Shown in pieces: positions 22,469-33,126 of a stretch of 64,000 nucleotides of DNA. Every line of letters starts with the position of its first letter. Positions within the stretch are counted from its first letter, which is position 1. The notes beneath the pieces were generated by a model that saw only the letters and a program-made list of their open reading frames with translations, had not been told where the DNA came from and made no database searches. The translations under genes were made by a program, and so were the position numbers. This DNA comes from Candidatus Hydrogenedentota bacterium (GTDB taxonomy: Bacteria; Hydrogenedentota; Hydrogenedentia; Hydrogenedentales; SLHB01), in assembly GCA_963674865.2 (NCBI GenBank), contig CAXXYE010000006.1:216372-280371 (forward strand), written 5' to 3'.

Positions 22469-24517
22469 TCACTCGCCGCGGATGTGATGATCGACAACCA
22501 TGCCGTCATCTGCGTCATTGCGGGGGATGGTTTTCAGGCGATGGAAGAGGACTTTGGCGTCGATGACGCCGCCGACGGTGAGCCAGACGGTGGCGATGCC
22601 TCCGAGGATCAGGTTCATCCAAAGGTAGCCGCGCCAGAAAGCCGCCCAGGTATCGGTGTCGATATCAAATAGCAGGTTGGCCGCCGTGCCGATGATGAAG
22701 GTGCCCGACCACAGCACAGTCCATCCCACCGTCGCCAGATAGATGACTTTGTCCCCGCGCGTGAATTCCTCGCCCATGCCGACGATGGCTTGGAGGCCGC
22801 GCACGGGCCGGCGTGAGCCAACGGCAAGGTCATCCTGAACCGCATACGCGCCGCGATGGAGCATGCGATCCATATTGAAGGCGGGCTGCCTGTCGAGTAG
22901 CGAGACGAGGATGTACATCGAGTAGGCGCACATCATCGAGATAAACGAGAGCCACTGCCCGTTGAGCGTCGCGAGCTTGGCGAGCATACGCTGGAGGAAG
23001 GCGAGTTGCTCCGGCCATGACTCGATGCCGAGGAAGAAATCCGCACCGAATTGACGGAGCACTACGAAGGAGACGGCCAAGGTCGAGCCGGTAATCATGG
23101 CCGACCACGCCCCGCGCGTGGTGCCTCCCTTCCAATACAGGCCACCGATGATGACCGCCCCGGCCCCGCCGAGGTAAATCGCGCCGGTGATGGCGAAGAA
23201 CATGAATATGTATTCCGTCTGCCGGAACACGAGACTCCACACGAAGATAAACGCCCCCACGCCCAGGATCGACAGCCGCAGCAGGCGCAGGTGCTGCTTG
23301 GGCGTGAATGGTTTCTTGCGGAAGGGCATGATCACATCCTGGATGAAGATGCTTCCCCACGAGTGCAGGTACGTGTCGTGCGTGCTGATGAAGGCGGCGA
23401 GCATCACCGCGCACAGCAGGCCCATGATGCCCCGCGGGAGCACCGTGCTGAGCGCGACGGGCACCGTGATCTGCGTCCGGATGGCTGGATTTTCGACGGT
23501 GGCGAGCACTCCGTCGGCCAAGGCTGCCTGGCGGGCGTATCCTGCGCCGTGCATAACCGCGTAGGCAGCAATTGGTAGAAACAGGATGACTCCCGTCTGC
23601 GCCAGCAGGCGCCAAGTCCCGATCACTTTGCCCATGCGCGCTTCGTGTGGCGTACGGGCCGATCCGTTGTAGGCTTGACTGCCCTGCCAGATCATGTATG
23701 TCGCGAAGATCGTGAAAAGCTGGATCAAGAAGAAGGCGACGTTGAAGTCCTTCGCGTTGCTGGTGTGGAAGGGGTGGATCATCGAGGCGTCCGCGGGCGC
23801 GGACTTCAGGGCGGCAACCACGTCGTGCCAGTCGAACATGTAGAGAAGCACGGCGAGTAGGACCACGAACGCGATGTTGCAGAAGGTTCCCTGGAGAAAG
23901 TCCGTCACAATGACGGCGATCTGGCCGCCGACATAGGTGAAGAAGAGGGCCATGGACAGCAGCGCGACCAGACACGCGAGGTACGTGGACACCTGCCATC
24001 CGAGCAGCGCGAAAGTCTCCGGGAGTCCGCAGAAGTAAATGAAAAACCGCGCGCCGACGGCGGGGAATATGCCGAAGTTCACCATGCCTGATACATAGGC
24101 AACCAGGCCGGCGAAGATGCGAAATCGCTTGCTATAGCGTATCTCGAGGAACTGCCCCATAGTCAGGCAGCGCGTCTGCCTGTAGCGATAGAGCACCCAG
24201 CCGGACAGGCCGATGATCATCAAGGCGGGCGTGGTCATCATGATCCACCAGGCGGCGGAGAAGCCCGCCGCATAGTGCATCTCGAACTGCGCGACTACCG
24301 TGATAGCGCCGATTCCCATGATGCCCTCGGCGATAGTAATGAGGTAGCGATTGGCGCAGCGGTTCGCCACCAGAAAATCGGCCACGCTCCGTGTGAAGCG
24401 GCGTGTATAGAGTGCGCCTGCTCCGAGCACAGCAACAAGTCCGATAACGATGAGCCAATCGGCGGCGTGCATGTTCACAGTGACTACGGCCTCCCGTGGG
24501 TTTGTAAGCGCTACCAA
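22469..24517 (-). CDS. Sodium:solute symporter family transporter
   Basis: Many TM helices, DFLVANR, FLEIRYS, GGQIAVIVTDFLQ, AAFISTHDTY; true start may be ~24472. Confidence 0.88.
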   Translation of the reverse strand: MVALTNPREAVVTVNMHAADWLIVIGLVAVLGAGALYTRRFTRSVADFLVANRCANRYLITIAEGIMGIGAITVVAQFEMHYAAGFSAAWWIMMTTPALMIIGLSGWVLYRYRQTRCLTMGQFLEIRYSKRFRIFAGLVAYVSGMVNFGIFPAVGARFFIYFCGLPETFALLGWQVSTYLACLVALLSMALFFTYVGGQIAVIVTDFLQGTFCNIAFVVLLAVLLYMFDWHDVVAALKSAPADASMIHPFHTSNAKDFNVAFFLIQLFTIFATYMIWQGSQAYNGSARTPHEARMGKVIGTWRLLAQTGVILFLPIAAYAVMHGAGYARQAALADGVLATVENPAIRTQITVPVALSTVLPRGIMGLLCAVMLAAFISTHDTYLHSWGSIFIQDVIMPFRKKPFTPKQHLRLLRLSILGVGAFIFVWSLVFRQTEYIFMFFAITGAIYLGGAGAVIIGGLYWKGGTTRGAWSAMITGSTLAVSFVVLRQFGADFFLGIESWPEQLAFLQRMLAKLATLNGQWLSFISMMCAYSMYILVSLLDRQPAFNMDRMLHRGAYAVQDDLAVGSRRPVRGLQAIVGMGEEFTRGDKVIYLATVGWTVLWSGTFIIGTAANLLFDIDTDTWAAFWRGYLWMNLILGGIATVWLTVGGVIDAKVLFHRLKTIPRNDADDGMVVDHHIRGE

Positions 24518-24623
24518 TCGTGGGCGCCCAGATGGTAGAACATTCCACGCGTGAGGGCAACGTGTTGAGGGCTTGGTAGAAAGAACAGGAAGGAACAGCC
24601 GGACTGTGGGAGATACGAAAGCG

Positions 24624-26057
24624 ATGAATGTGCTCTTTCTGATGTCAGACTCACTGACGCCGCACTTGACGGGATTTCACGGCGATAACGCCGCCCGCAC
24701 ACCACACCTCGATCAACTCGCCCGGAACGGCGTCGTCTTCGAGAATGCCTACTGCAACAGCCCATTGTGCGCGCCATCGCGGGCGTCCATGGTGACGGGG
24801 CGGTATGTCTCCGAAATCGGTGCTTTCGATAACGCCAGTGAGTTCTCATCCGAATGGCCGACGATCGGACACGCCCTCGGCGCCGTAGGATACGAGACGG
24901 CCATCATCGGAAAGATGCACTTCATCGGACATGATCAGAACCATGGCTTCGATCATCGGATCGCGCTGGAAACCGACTACACGAAACGCTACGACCCGCG
25001 CGGATACAACATCGCTTATCAATGGCAACAGCCGTCGGGAGGTAATCCCGCCGGGCCTGGATGGATGGGGCCGAGCTACGTGAACTCATCGGAGTGGGAT
25101 GACTATCGACACCACTACGACCGCGATGAAACCATCCACCGGGAAGTCCTATCCTACCTCTCCGCGAAAGGCCGGGACTCGGCGCCATTTTTCTGCTGCG
25201 TCTCCTACCATGCGCCGCACAATCCCTTCTGGATTCCTAACCAATTCCGGGAGCTGTTCCGAGACAAGGACCTGCCGCTGCCGCGCGTGCCGGAAGGCGT
25301 CGATACCTGCCACGGCCCCATGGACGCATGGCTGAATGACTTCCACTACCAGCCGGAAGTTGCCGAGGAGATGATGAAGGAGGACAACCTCCGGTGGCTG
25401 TACGAGACGTACTACGGCATGACGTACGACTTGGATCGCCGGATAGGAGAAGTCTTGGCGCTGCTGAAGAAGAACGGCCTGGATGACGACACGGCCATCG
25501 TGTTCGCCAGCGACCACGGCGATATGCTCGGCCATCGTGGCATGCTGCAAAAGCGCTGCTTCTATGAGCGCTCCGCACGCATCGCGCTCATGGGCTCCTT
25601 TCCCGGGCAGTGGCAGCAGGGAGCGCGGCTGAACGCGCCTGTATCGCTGATCGATTTGTTCCCCACCTTCGCCGATATGGCCGGTGCGCCGTGTCCCGAT
25701 AACCTTCCGGGAGCCAGTCTGGCGCCGAGTCTCGAGAAGGGAACTGAGCCGGAAGAGCGCCCCGTATTCATCGAGTATCACGGCGAAGGCGTCCACGCGC
25801 CGTGTTTTGCCGTCCGCAAGGATGACCTCAAGTACGTCTACGTGCACGGCCACGAGGAGCGCTTATACAACGTTGTCGAGGATCCGGACGAGTGGACGAA
25901 TCTGATCGACGAGAAGCGCTATGCTCCGGTGATCTCGAAACTCAAGGCTGCGGTGCTGGAGCAGTTTGATCCAGACAATATCGCCGAAAAGGCCCTCGTC
26001 AGCCAGCATAACCGCAGATTCGTCTATGAATGCGTCCTCAAGGAGGCGACTGAATAG
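24624..26057 (+). CDS. Sulfatase (choline-sulfatase-like, cytoplasmic)
   Basis: CNSPLCAPSRAS (CxPxR), GKMHF, SDHGDMLG; no signal peptide. Confidence 0.88.
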   Translation: MNVLFLMSDSLTPHLTGFHGDNAARTPHLDQLARNGVVFENAYCNSPLCAPSRASMVTGRYVSEIGAFDNASEFSSEWPTIGHALGAVGYETAIIGKMHFIGHDQNHGFDHRIALETDYTKRYDPRGYNIAYQWQQPSGGNPAGPGWMGPSYVNSSEWDDYRHHYDRDETIHREVLSYLSAKGRDSAPFFCCVSYHAPHNPFWIPNQFRELFRDKDLPLPRVPEGVDTCHGPMDAWLNDFHYQPEVAEEMMKEDNLRWLYETYYGMTYDLDRRIGEVLALLKKNGLDDDTAIVFASDHGDMLGHRGMLQKRCFYERSARIALMGSFPGQWQQGARLNAPVSLIDLFPTFADMAGAPCPDNLPGASLAPSLEKGTEPEERPVFIEYHGEGVHAPCFAVRKDDLKYVYVHGHEERLYNVVEDPDEWTNLIDEKRYAPVISKLKAAVLEQFDPDNIAEKALVSQHNRRFVYECVLKEATE

Positions 26058-26143
26058 CCGAGCCATACCGGCGAGTCTTTGTATGTCATAATGATGCCGT
26101 CGTTCAGGCACGTCGATGAATCCAAAACGAAGAGGGAGATACC

Positions 26144-27301
26144 ATGGTTTTCATTACGTTGACTCTAGTCTTGTTGGGCGCGGGCCCGGAGGGGGTCTTT
26201 GAAGAGGGGCACATCTTCCCGGCGAGTCCGATGAAGTGCCACAGTTCGAGCGTTGTCGAGACGCCCGACGGGGATCTTCTCGCATGTTGGTACTACGGGG
26301 TGGGCGAGCGAAAGGACGATACGCTGATTATCCGCGGCGCCAGGAAGCGCAAGGGCCAAACGGTGTGGGATACGCCGTTCCTCATGGCCGACAGCCAGGA
26401 TCTGCCGGACTGCAATCCCATGATGTTCATCGATCCGGCCAATAAGCTGTGGCTGTTCTGGGTGGCCGTGCAGGATAACGAATGGGGCGCGGCGCTGCTG
26501 AAGTACCGGACATCCACTGATTATTCCGGCCCCGGGGCGCCTCGGTGGGATTGGCAGGAAGTCGCCCACTGCCGGCCCAGGAACTTCGAGGAGCAGTGGT
26601 TTGCCTTTGCCGACGCGCACAAGCAGGAGATGGATTACTACGAGGAAACCGCCGCCCCGGCCCGGACGAAGCTTGCGCGCCGCCTCGGATGGATGACGCG
26701 GGCACAGCCAATCATGCTTTCCGAAAAGCGGATGCTGGTGGGCCTCTACTCCGATGTGTTTCATTGCTCGTTGGCCATGGCGACGGAGGACAGCGGCACC
26801 ACGTGGCAATTCAGCGATCCCATCCTCGGGATCGGTTGTATCCAGCCGGCATTCGCGCTCAAGAAGAATGGGGACGTGGTGGCGTATATGCGCGACTACA
26901 GCCCGGCCCACCGCATCCAGACGGCCGTATCAAAAGACGGCGGTGTGACGTGGTCCGAGGCGACGCTAATGGACATCCCGAATCCCGGCTCGAGCGTCGA
27001 GTGCATCACGTTGGCGAACGGCAACTGGCTTCTGGTGTGTAATGACCCGGAATCGGGCAAGGAGCGCAACCAGCTGACGGTGTACCTTTCCGACGACGAA
27101 GGGGCCACCTGGAAATGGCGCCGCTCGCTCGAAACCGACGCGATGCAGGCGTCGTATCCGTCCGTCATCCAGGCAAAGGACGGCACCATGTATTGCACCT
27201 ATACCTACTACCTCGGCCGTAATGCCGAGGGCCGGAAGATGCGCACCATCAAATGGGTTCGCTTCGACGAAGCCTGGGTAAAGGCCGGCGCGGGCAAATA
27301 G
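26144..27301 (+). CDS. BNR-repeat sialidase-family protein
   Basis: Asp boxes EDSGTTW, SKDGGVTW, SDDEGATW; SYP motif; hydrophobic N-terminus. Confidence 0.82.
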   Translation: MVFITLTLVLLGAGPEGVFEEGHIFPASPMKCHSSSVVETPDGDLLACWYYGVGERKDDTLIIRGARKRKGQTVWDTPFLMADSQDLPDCNPMMFIDPANKLWLFWVAVQDNEWGAALLKYRTSTDYSGPGAPRWDWQEVAHCRPRNFEEQWFAFADAHKQEMDYYEETAAPARTKLARRLGWMTRAQPIMLSEKRMLVGLYSDVFHCSLAMATEDSGTTWQFSDPILGIGCIQPAFALKKNGDVVAYMRDYSPAHRIQTAVSKDGGVTWSEATLMDIPNPGSSVECITLANGNWLLVCNDPESGKERNQLTVYLSDDEGATWKWRRSLETDAMQASYPSVIQAKDGTMYCTYTYYLGRNAEGRKMRTIKWVRFDEAWVKAGAGK

Positions 27302-27363
27302 AAGCCTGATCGAAAGCAAAGGAGATCGGCGACCATCGCGCGAGAAAACGCAGGAGAAGACAA

Positions 27364-28872
27364 GTGACGGAGAAGGTACTCACGCGGCGGAGGTTTGTGA
27401 AGACGCTCGGCGTGGCCGGGGGACTCGCCATGACCGCGGGCACGGCGCATGCCCGCAAGCCCAGGCCCAACATCCTCTTCATTATGAGTGATGATCACAG
27501 CGCCGCGGCGCTCAGTTGCTACGGTAGCCGGATCAATACGACGCCTCACATCGATCGTTTGGCCGCCGAGGGAATGCTGTTCCGCGATTGCTTCTGCACG
27601 GATTCGATCTGCGCCCCCAGCCGCGCATCCATCTTGACGGGGAAATACAGCCACGTGAACGGTGTGGTCGACAACCGCGTGGCGTTTGATGGAACGCAGC
27701 AGACTTTTCCGAAGCTCTTGCGAGCCGCGGGCTACACGACAGCCATGGTGGGCAAATGGCACCTCAAGAGCGATCCCACGGGCTTCGACTACTGGAATGT
27801 CCTGCCGGGACAGGGTGTGTATCACGATCCCGACTTGATCGAGATGGGCGTCCGCAAGAAACACGAAGGTTATGTCACCGACATCATCACCGATATCAGC
27901 ATCGATTGGCTCGAAAACCGGGACAGGGAAAAGCCCTTCTGCCTTCTCTGCCAGCACAAAGCGCCCCACAGGAATTGGCAGCCCGACGCCAAGCATGCCA
28001 ACCTGTTCGACGGCATCGACATCCCGGAGCCAACCACCTTTGATGACGACTACCGTACGCGGAGCGAAGCGGCGCGGCAGCAGGAGATGTCGATCGAGCA
28101 TCATCTCCGAGTCCCTGAAGATACGAAAATCGAGCCGCCGGAGCCGCTCCAAGGAGAGGCGCTCAAGAAATGGAAGTACCAGCGCTACATCAAGGATTAC
28201 CTGCGCTGCATCGCCTCCCTTGACGAAAACGTGGGCCGGCTATTCGATTATCTCGACCAAAGCGGCCTTATGGATAACACGATCATCGTCTACACATCGG
28301 ATCAAGGCTTCTATCTGGGCGAACACGGCTGGTTCGACAAGCGGTTCATGTATGAGGAATCGCTTCGCATGCCCCTGCTCATCCGCTTCCCTAACATGAT
28401 CCGGCCGGGCACGACCAATGAGGACATCGTCCTCAACATCGATTTTGCCCCCACCTTCTTGGATCTCGCCGGCGTGGACGTACCGCACGAGATGCAGGGC
28501 CGCAGCTTCCGCTCCATCCTCCGAGGCAAAACGCCGTGGACGTGGCGCTCGGCCATGTACTACCACTATTACGAGTATCCGGCCGTCCACATGGTGAAGC
28601 GGCATTACGGCATTCGCACGCAGCGGTACAAGCTCATTCATTTCTACTACGACATCGACGCCTGGGAACTCTACGACCTCCAGTCGGATCCGCACGAGTT
28701 GAACAACCTGTATGCCGATCCGGCCTATGCCGGGGTGGTGAAGAAACTCAGAGCGGAACTGAGGCGCCTGAGAAGGAAGTACGGCGACTCGGACGAGTCG
28801 GCCGCGCAATTGCTGCAGAAACACCTCGAGCACCTTGAGGAGAAGCGGCGCAGGCAGAAAGCGGGGAAGTAA
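27364..28872 (+). CDS. Tat-exported sulfatase
   Basis: TRRRFVK Tat motif, RPNILFIMSDDH, CAPSRAS, GKWHL, SDQGFYLGEHG. Confidence 0.92.
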   Translation: MTEKVLTRRRFVKTLGVAGGLAMTAGTAHARKPRPNILFIMSDDHSAAALSCYGSRINTTPHIDRLAAEGMLFRDCFCTDSICAPSRASILTGKYSHVNGVVDNRVAFDGTQQTFPKLLRAAGYTTAMVGKWHLKSDPTGFDYWNVLPGQGVYHDPDLIEMGVRKKHEGYVTDIITDISIDWLENRDREKPFCLLCQHKAPHRNWQPDAKHANLFDGIDIPEPTTFDDDYRTRSEAARQQEMSIEHHLRVPEDTKIEPPEPLQGEALKKWKYQRYIKDYLRCIASLDENVGRLFDYLDQSGLMDNTIIVYTSDQGFYLGEHGWFDKRFMYEESLRMPLLIRFPNMIRPGTTNEDIVLNIDFAPTFLDLAGVDVPHEMQGRSFRSILRGKTPWTWRSAMYYHYYEYPAVHMVKRHYGIRTQRYKLIHFYYDIDAWELYDLQSDPHELNNLYADPAYAGVVKKLRAELRRLRRKYGDSDESAAQLLQKHLEHLEEKRRRQKAGK

Positions 28873-29013
28873 GCGGCACGGGCGCCTGACAGGCGTCGGA
28901 TACAATACCGCAGGTGGCGTGCGCTCCGATTGCTTCAGGCGGCATAACCATCTACAATCGCGGCTCGTTGTTGGGGAATATCAATCTAAACATATAAGGG
29001 AGTTTCAAGAGTT

Positions 29014-30045
29014 ATGAGCGACGGAGGCGCGCGGCCGCAGTACAAGGCATTGATTGGTTGGGATTTCACGCCGGAGGAGGAGGCCGTCTACTACAAGGAT
29101 TGGCCGGAGAACGTCGAGCGGGTGCACGTGAAGGGGCGGTCGATGGAGGAGTTGGCCCCGATCCTGCCCGAGATTGACGCCGCCATGACAATCCCGAGCC
29201 TTGAGTTTCTCCAGCAGGCAACGCGAATCAAGTTGATCATCATTCCGGGGCACGGCATCGATTTCATGAAGGATCCGGAGATGAAGCGCATCATCCGGGA
29301 GCGGAAGATCGCTGTCTGCAAGGCACAGACAGCGAACATCCCCATCGCGGAGCACGTCATCGGCAATATGATCAATCTGAGCCGGCGGCTCTTCAAGTTC
29401 CACGAGTCGGTGGCCTATCGTGCGGATCCGTTCATGGAGCTGAAGCAGCAAGGGTGGTCGACGCCGGGCGGCGAGCTTTACCACTCGACGCTGGGCATCG
29501 TGGGATTCGGCGCCATCGGCCAGGCGGTAGCCCAACGTGCGCGCGGCTTTGAGATGACTATCGGCGCGGTGGACTTGGCGCCCGAGAATATCGACTGCGA
29601 GAAGCACGGGATTTCGTTTACAGCGACACTGGACAAGCTCGATGAGTTTCTCCCGCGCTGCAACTACGTGGTGCTTACGCTGCCGCTGACGCCGTCGACG
29701 GAAAACTGCATGAACCAGGCCCGGTTCGATGCGATGAAGGACGCCTCGTATCTCATCAACGTCTCACGCGGACAGTTGATCGACGATGAAGCGCTTTACC
29801 GGGCGCTCGTGTCGGGCAAGTTGGCGGGGGCCGCCATTGATGTATGGCGCGCCAACGTTCGTCAGAAGGGCACTTACCCGTTCCCCTATCCGATTCACCA
29901 CTTCAATGTGATCATGACGCCGCATCATTCGGGAGGAACCTACGAGGCGGAACGCCGGTGGGCGCCGTTCGCCGTCGAGAACATGGCCCGATTGGGCCGT
30001 GGCGAACCTCTCCTGCACGTGGCGAATGTGGATGCGGGATTCTGA
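29014..30045 (+). CDS. D-isomer-specific 2-hydroxyacid dehydrogenase
   Basis: GIVGFGAIG, PLTPST, INVSRG, AAIDVW, TPHH. Confidence 0.85.
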   Translation: MSDGGARPQYKALIGWDFTPEEEAVYYKDWPENVERVHVKGRSMEELAPILPEIDAAMTIPSLEFLQQATRIKLIIIPGHGIDFMKDPEMKRIIRERKIAVCKAQTANIPIAEHVIGNMINLSRRLFKFHESVAYRADPFMELKQQGWSTPGGELYHSTLGIVGFGAIGQAVAQRARGFEMTIGAVDLAPENIDCEKHGISFTATLDKLDEFLPRCNYVVLTLPLTPSTENCMNQARFDAMKDASYLINVSRGQLIDDEALYRALVSGKLAGAAIDVWRANVRQKGTYPFPYPIHHFNVIMTPHHSGGTYEAERRWAPFAVENMARLGRGEPLLHVANVDAGF

Positions 30046-30144
30046 GCGAGAAGCACCTTTCACCACATAGCGGGCGGCCAACGCCGGTGGGCGCGGGAGT
30101 TTCTATCGCGTTGAGCGTAGGTGACGGCGCGTGAGATACTCGGC

Positions 30145-31398
30145 CTAGTCGCGCTTCTGGGCGCGCCGTTCGAGAAGCCGTTCGAACTGGCGGATACGTG
30201 TGTTGAAGAAGCTCATCAGCTTGGCATGGAGTTCGCGGCTGGCCGCGGCCACCATCGAGCGCTGATTGCCCACGGAGCTGTCCAATAGAAGCACATCGTC
30301 GAAGGACTTGCCGTAAGCATCGGTGACGGTGCAGCCGGCCTCCTGGGCGATGAGCAGGGATGCAACGAGATCGTAAGGCGCGATCCCCAGAATGATCCCC
30401 CGGCCCGCGTTGATGAACTGATCCTCGACCACGTCGGGGATATCGCGGAAGAACCGGTTGGCGAAGTCGACGCACGCATCCAACTGGTTGGTCAACAGGC
30501 GCGTGAGGCTGTATGAAGTGCTATTGCAGGCGAAGAATCCGCCTTTGAGGCTTGTCAAGTCGATAAGTCGCGCCGCCGTCGGAAAGATAAGCTCGGCGGG
30601 ACGCGCCGGCACCGTCATCGACCACGCAACGGTTTCGAGGTCCGTGTTCTTAGACAGTTTCGGACGTTTATACTGGCCGTCCACGTAGATCCGCGCACCC
30701 TTCCCGCGTTCGGCATAGAAGGTACGATCTCCGAGAATCTCCATCACACAGGCGTTATCCACGTCGGCCATGCGGGGACGCTCGATGACTCGCGTCGAAG
30801 CAACGCAGATCACACAGCTCTCGAAACCGCTCTTGGCGGCCCGGGTGCCGTCGATGGGATCGATAACGAGAAGATTCTCCGGCTGGGCGCTTGTGAACGT
30901 CGTATAGCCCGCATCCTCCGAATAGTAGGCGACGGGCATCTTGGAACTCTTCAGGAAGCGAAGCAGGGCCTTTTCGGCCACCTCATCCAACTGGAAAGTG
31001 GCATCTCCACTGGCGGCGGCGCCTACGATTTCTCTTCCCTTCGCGGCTCCTACGACGGGAAGCACTTGTTCGCGAACGGCTGCGGCGAGATCGATCAAAA
31101 ACTGCCGGGATAGCGCCTTGGGCTTCTTGCCGGGAACGATCTCGGGAGAAGCCGCTTTCTTGTGGGCCTTCTTGGGGGCGGCTTTCTTTTCGGTGGCGGC
31201 TGCTTTCTTGGCGGCCGGGGGGCTTTTCTTCACGTCGTGGGCCTTCTTTCTTGCCGCCGTCGATTTCTTCTTCACCGGAGCGGCCTTCTTCTTCGACGCC
31301 TTGGCCTTGGCGCTTGGGGCCTGTTTTTTTGCTGTTTTCGCCGCTTTTGCGCGACTCTTGACGGCTTTCTTGGTTGTGGTACGCTTTCTTGCAGTCAC
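30145..31398 (-). CDS. Inositol monophosphatase/FBPase-family protein with N-terminal Lys/Ala-rich histone H1-like extension
   Basis: SED, DPIDGT, YDLVASLLIAQEAG motifs; ~85-aa K/A/P-rich N-terminus from GTG 31398 (track start 31557 overlaps upstream gene). Confidence 0.8.
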   Translation of the reverse strand: MTARKRTTTKKAVKSRAKAAKTAKKQAPSAKAKASKKKAAPVKKKSTAARKKAHDVKKSPPAAKKAAATEKKAAPKKAHKKAASPEIVPGKKPKALSRQFLIDLAAAVREQVLPVVGAAKGREIVGAAASGDATFQLDEVAEKALLRFLKSSKMPVAYYSEDAGYTTFTSAQPENLLVIDPIDGTRAAKSGFESCVICVASTRVIERPRMADVDNACVMEILGDRTFYAERGKGARIYVDGQYKRPKLSKNTDLETVAWSMTVPARPAELIFPTAARLIDLTSLKGGFFACNSTSYSLTRLLTNQLDACVDFANRFFRDIPDVVEDQFINAGRGIILGIAPYDLVASLLIAQEAGCTVTDAYGKSFDDVLLLDSSVGNQRSMVAAASRELHAKLMSFFNTRIRQFERLLERRAQKRD

Positions 31399-31528
31399 TG
31401 TTCCGTCTTGACGTGGCCTCGTGGAGGCCGCCCTCCCTTGCTCTGCGCCGCCCGGCGCCGTTTGGCGCACGGTTCTTGCCGAGGACTGCCGCCCGGAAGG
31501 GCTCCGGGCTCTCTCGAGAGCCGGCGTC

Positions 31529-32689
31529 TTATTCGACGCTGACCGCCGGCGGGGCAACGTAATCGAGAAACCGGTTCTTTACCTTACTCTTGGCGGCATC
31601 GCCCTTGTGGATATACAACCGGTACCGCCATGTGGTCTTACTTCCCTTCTTAAACGTCATATCGCCCTTGACCTTGGCCTCCGGGCGATAGTACTTCCAG
31701 GCAAAACAATTCGCCGTCATGAGTCCGTAATTGCGCACGTGCCAACCGGTCGGATAGCGGGGATTGGTTTCATGATCCAGTATGGCGATTCCAACCTGCT
31801 TCCCGTCGACAAGTCCGCTATAATCGCACCAGGGAGCGTTCTTGCCCCAGGTCTCGGCTTCGTTGACGCCGCCGTAGCCGTTCTCGATAGTGCCCGTCTC
31901 GCGAACGTCCATGGAACTGGCGACGCGTACCGAGACAAGTCCACCCTCTTTGGTGTCGGTGAACACGACGTTGCTCTCCGTCATCCGGAAAGTCACATTG
32001 ACGTCAAAAAGGCGCGTACCGCCCGGAAGGGCGTAGAAGCGCATATCGCGTGTTTCTTCGAACTGCTTGCGCTCTTTGCTCGTGCACCAGTTGTTCTTCG
32101 CAACAATCTGCGCGTACACGGGGCCCGAAACCTTCTTCGAAAAGCTCACGTGGCGCTGCCAACCATGTCCCTCACCCTCGCTCCAGTTGTCTGTCCCGTT
32201 GCATTCGCCATAGGCGACCCAAATGGACTTGTGGTGGTGGTGGTCCTTGTATTCGCCAGGGACATCATCGCGCATCGGATAGTTTCGGGTTACCTGAAGG
32301 CCGTAGGGCCCGATCACCGGGTACAGGAACGGCCTAACCCATTGATGCCCATAGTTATAGGAGGTGAACAGCTTGCCGCCAATCTGCACATCGATCTTCT
32401 GCTGGGCGCGGTCCTCAACCAACAGGCACTTGGACTCGGCCTCGGGCTTGGCAACAGCTTTGGCGACAAGGCTCTGCTCTGTGCCGGCCTTCAAGCCGTC
32501 GGCCAGCCAAGTAAGGGTCACCCCCGCGCGCGACTTGGCTACTTGGCACGGTATACTTTTCTTGCTTTTCGCATCACGCAACTCGACAGCGGGAGTATCG
32601 CTATAAACCCAAGGCAAATCGACACTTACAGGGCACGTAGAGCGGTCGTGCGGCCCCGCCTGAACCGTTAGTTTACACTTAGTAGCCAA
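31529..32689 (-). CDS. Conserved protein of the DUF6807/'PmoA-family' type (not methane monooxygenase)
   Basis: RPFLYPV, DHHHHKSIW, DNWSE, DTKEGG, WCDYSG, WHVRNYGL..ANCF pattern; TTG start after GGAGGAG. Confidence 0.75.
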   Translation of the reverse strand: MATKCKLTVQAGPHDRSTCPVSVDLPWVYSDTPAVELRDAKSKKSIPCQVAKSRAGVTLTWLADGLKAGTEQSLVAKAVAKPEAESKCLLVEDRAQQKIDVQIGGKLFTSYNYGHQWVRPFLYPVIGPYGLQVTRNYPMRDDVPGEYKDHHHHKSIWVAYGECNGTDNWSEGEGHGWQRHVSFSKKVSGPVYAQIVAKNNWCTSKERKQFEETRDMRFYALPGGTRLFDVNVTFRMTESNVVFTDTKEGGLVSVRVASSMDVRETGTIENGYGGVNEAETWGKNAPWCDYSGLVDGKQVGIAILDHETNPRYPTGWHVRNYGLMTANCFAWKYYRPEAKVKGDMTFKKGSKTTWRYRLYIHKGDAAKSKVKNRFLDYVAPPAVSVE

Positions 32690-33126
32690 CGTTACACTCC
32701 TCCCAAGGTACTGCCGTCAGGGGATTAAGAACCACCCGGCTAATTTTAGCAGTTAGCGACGGCAATGTCCAGTGCGCGATTTGGGTGAAATGCCACACTT
32801 CGGGCGGCGAGTTTTCTCGCCACCCACATCGAGGCCCCGATTTTGCGTCAAACATGCAGGTCCGTTCCCGCTGCAAGGCCCCCGGCAGGCCACTTCTCGA
32901 GGTCCAGCGCCCTACGCATTGCCGGATGCGCCATCGGCGGAACGCCAGTTGACTTCGCTGGTTAAATGCTCGATTATGGTTGACAGGTTCTACGCCCGGG
33001 CTGGCTCTCTGCGACATCACCGCTACAGGGGATTCTTGTCGATGGCCGCGTTGACGTTCGCCGAGGCGGCTCATGGCGAGGGCCAAGAGGCGGCGGAGAA
33101 CACCTGTGTAACCAGGCGATAGACTG

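Noticed and set aside
31140..31400. DNA tandem repeat or CRISPR-like array
   Set aside because: Degenerate codon repeats of Lys/Ala-rich protein; no repeat-spacer pattern and no cas genes
31529..32689. Methane monooxygenase subunit
   Set aside because: Soluble protein with no TM helices and no pmoB/pmoC; the family name is misleading
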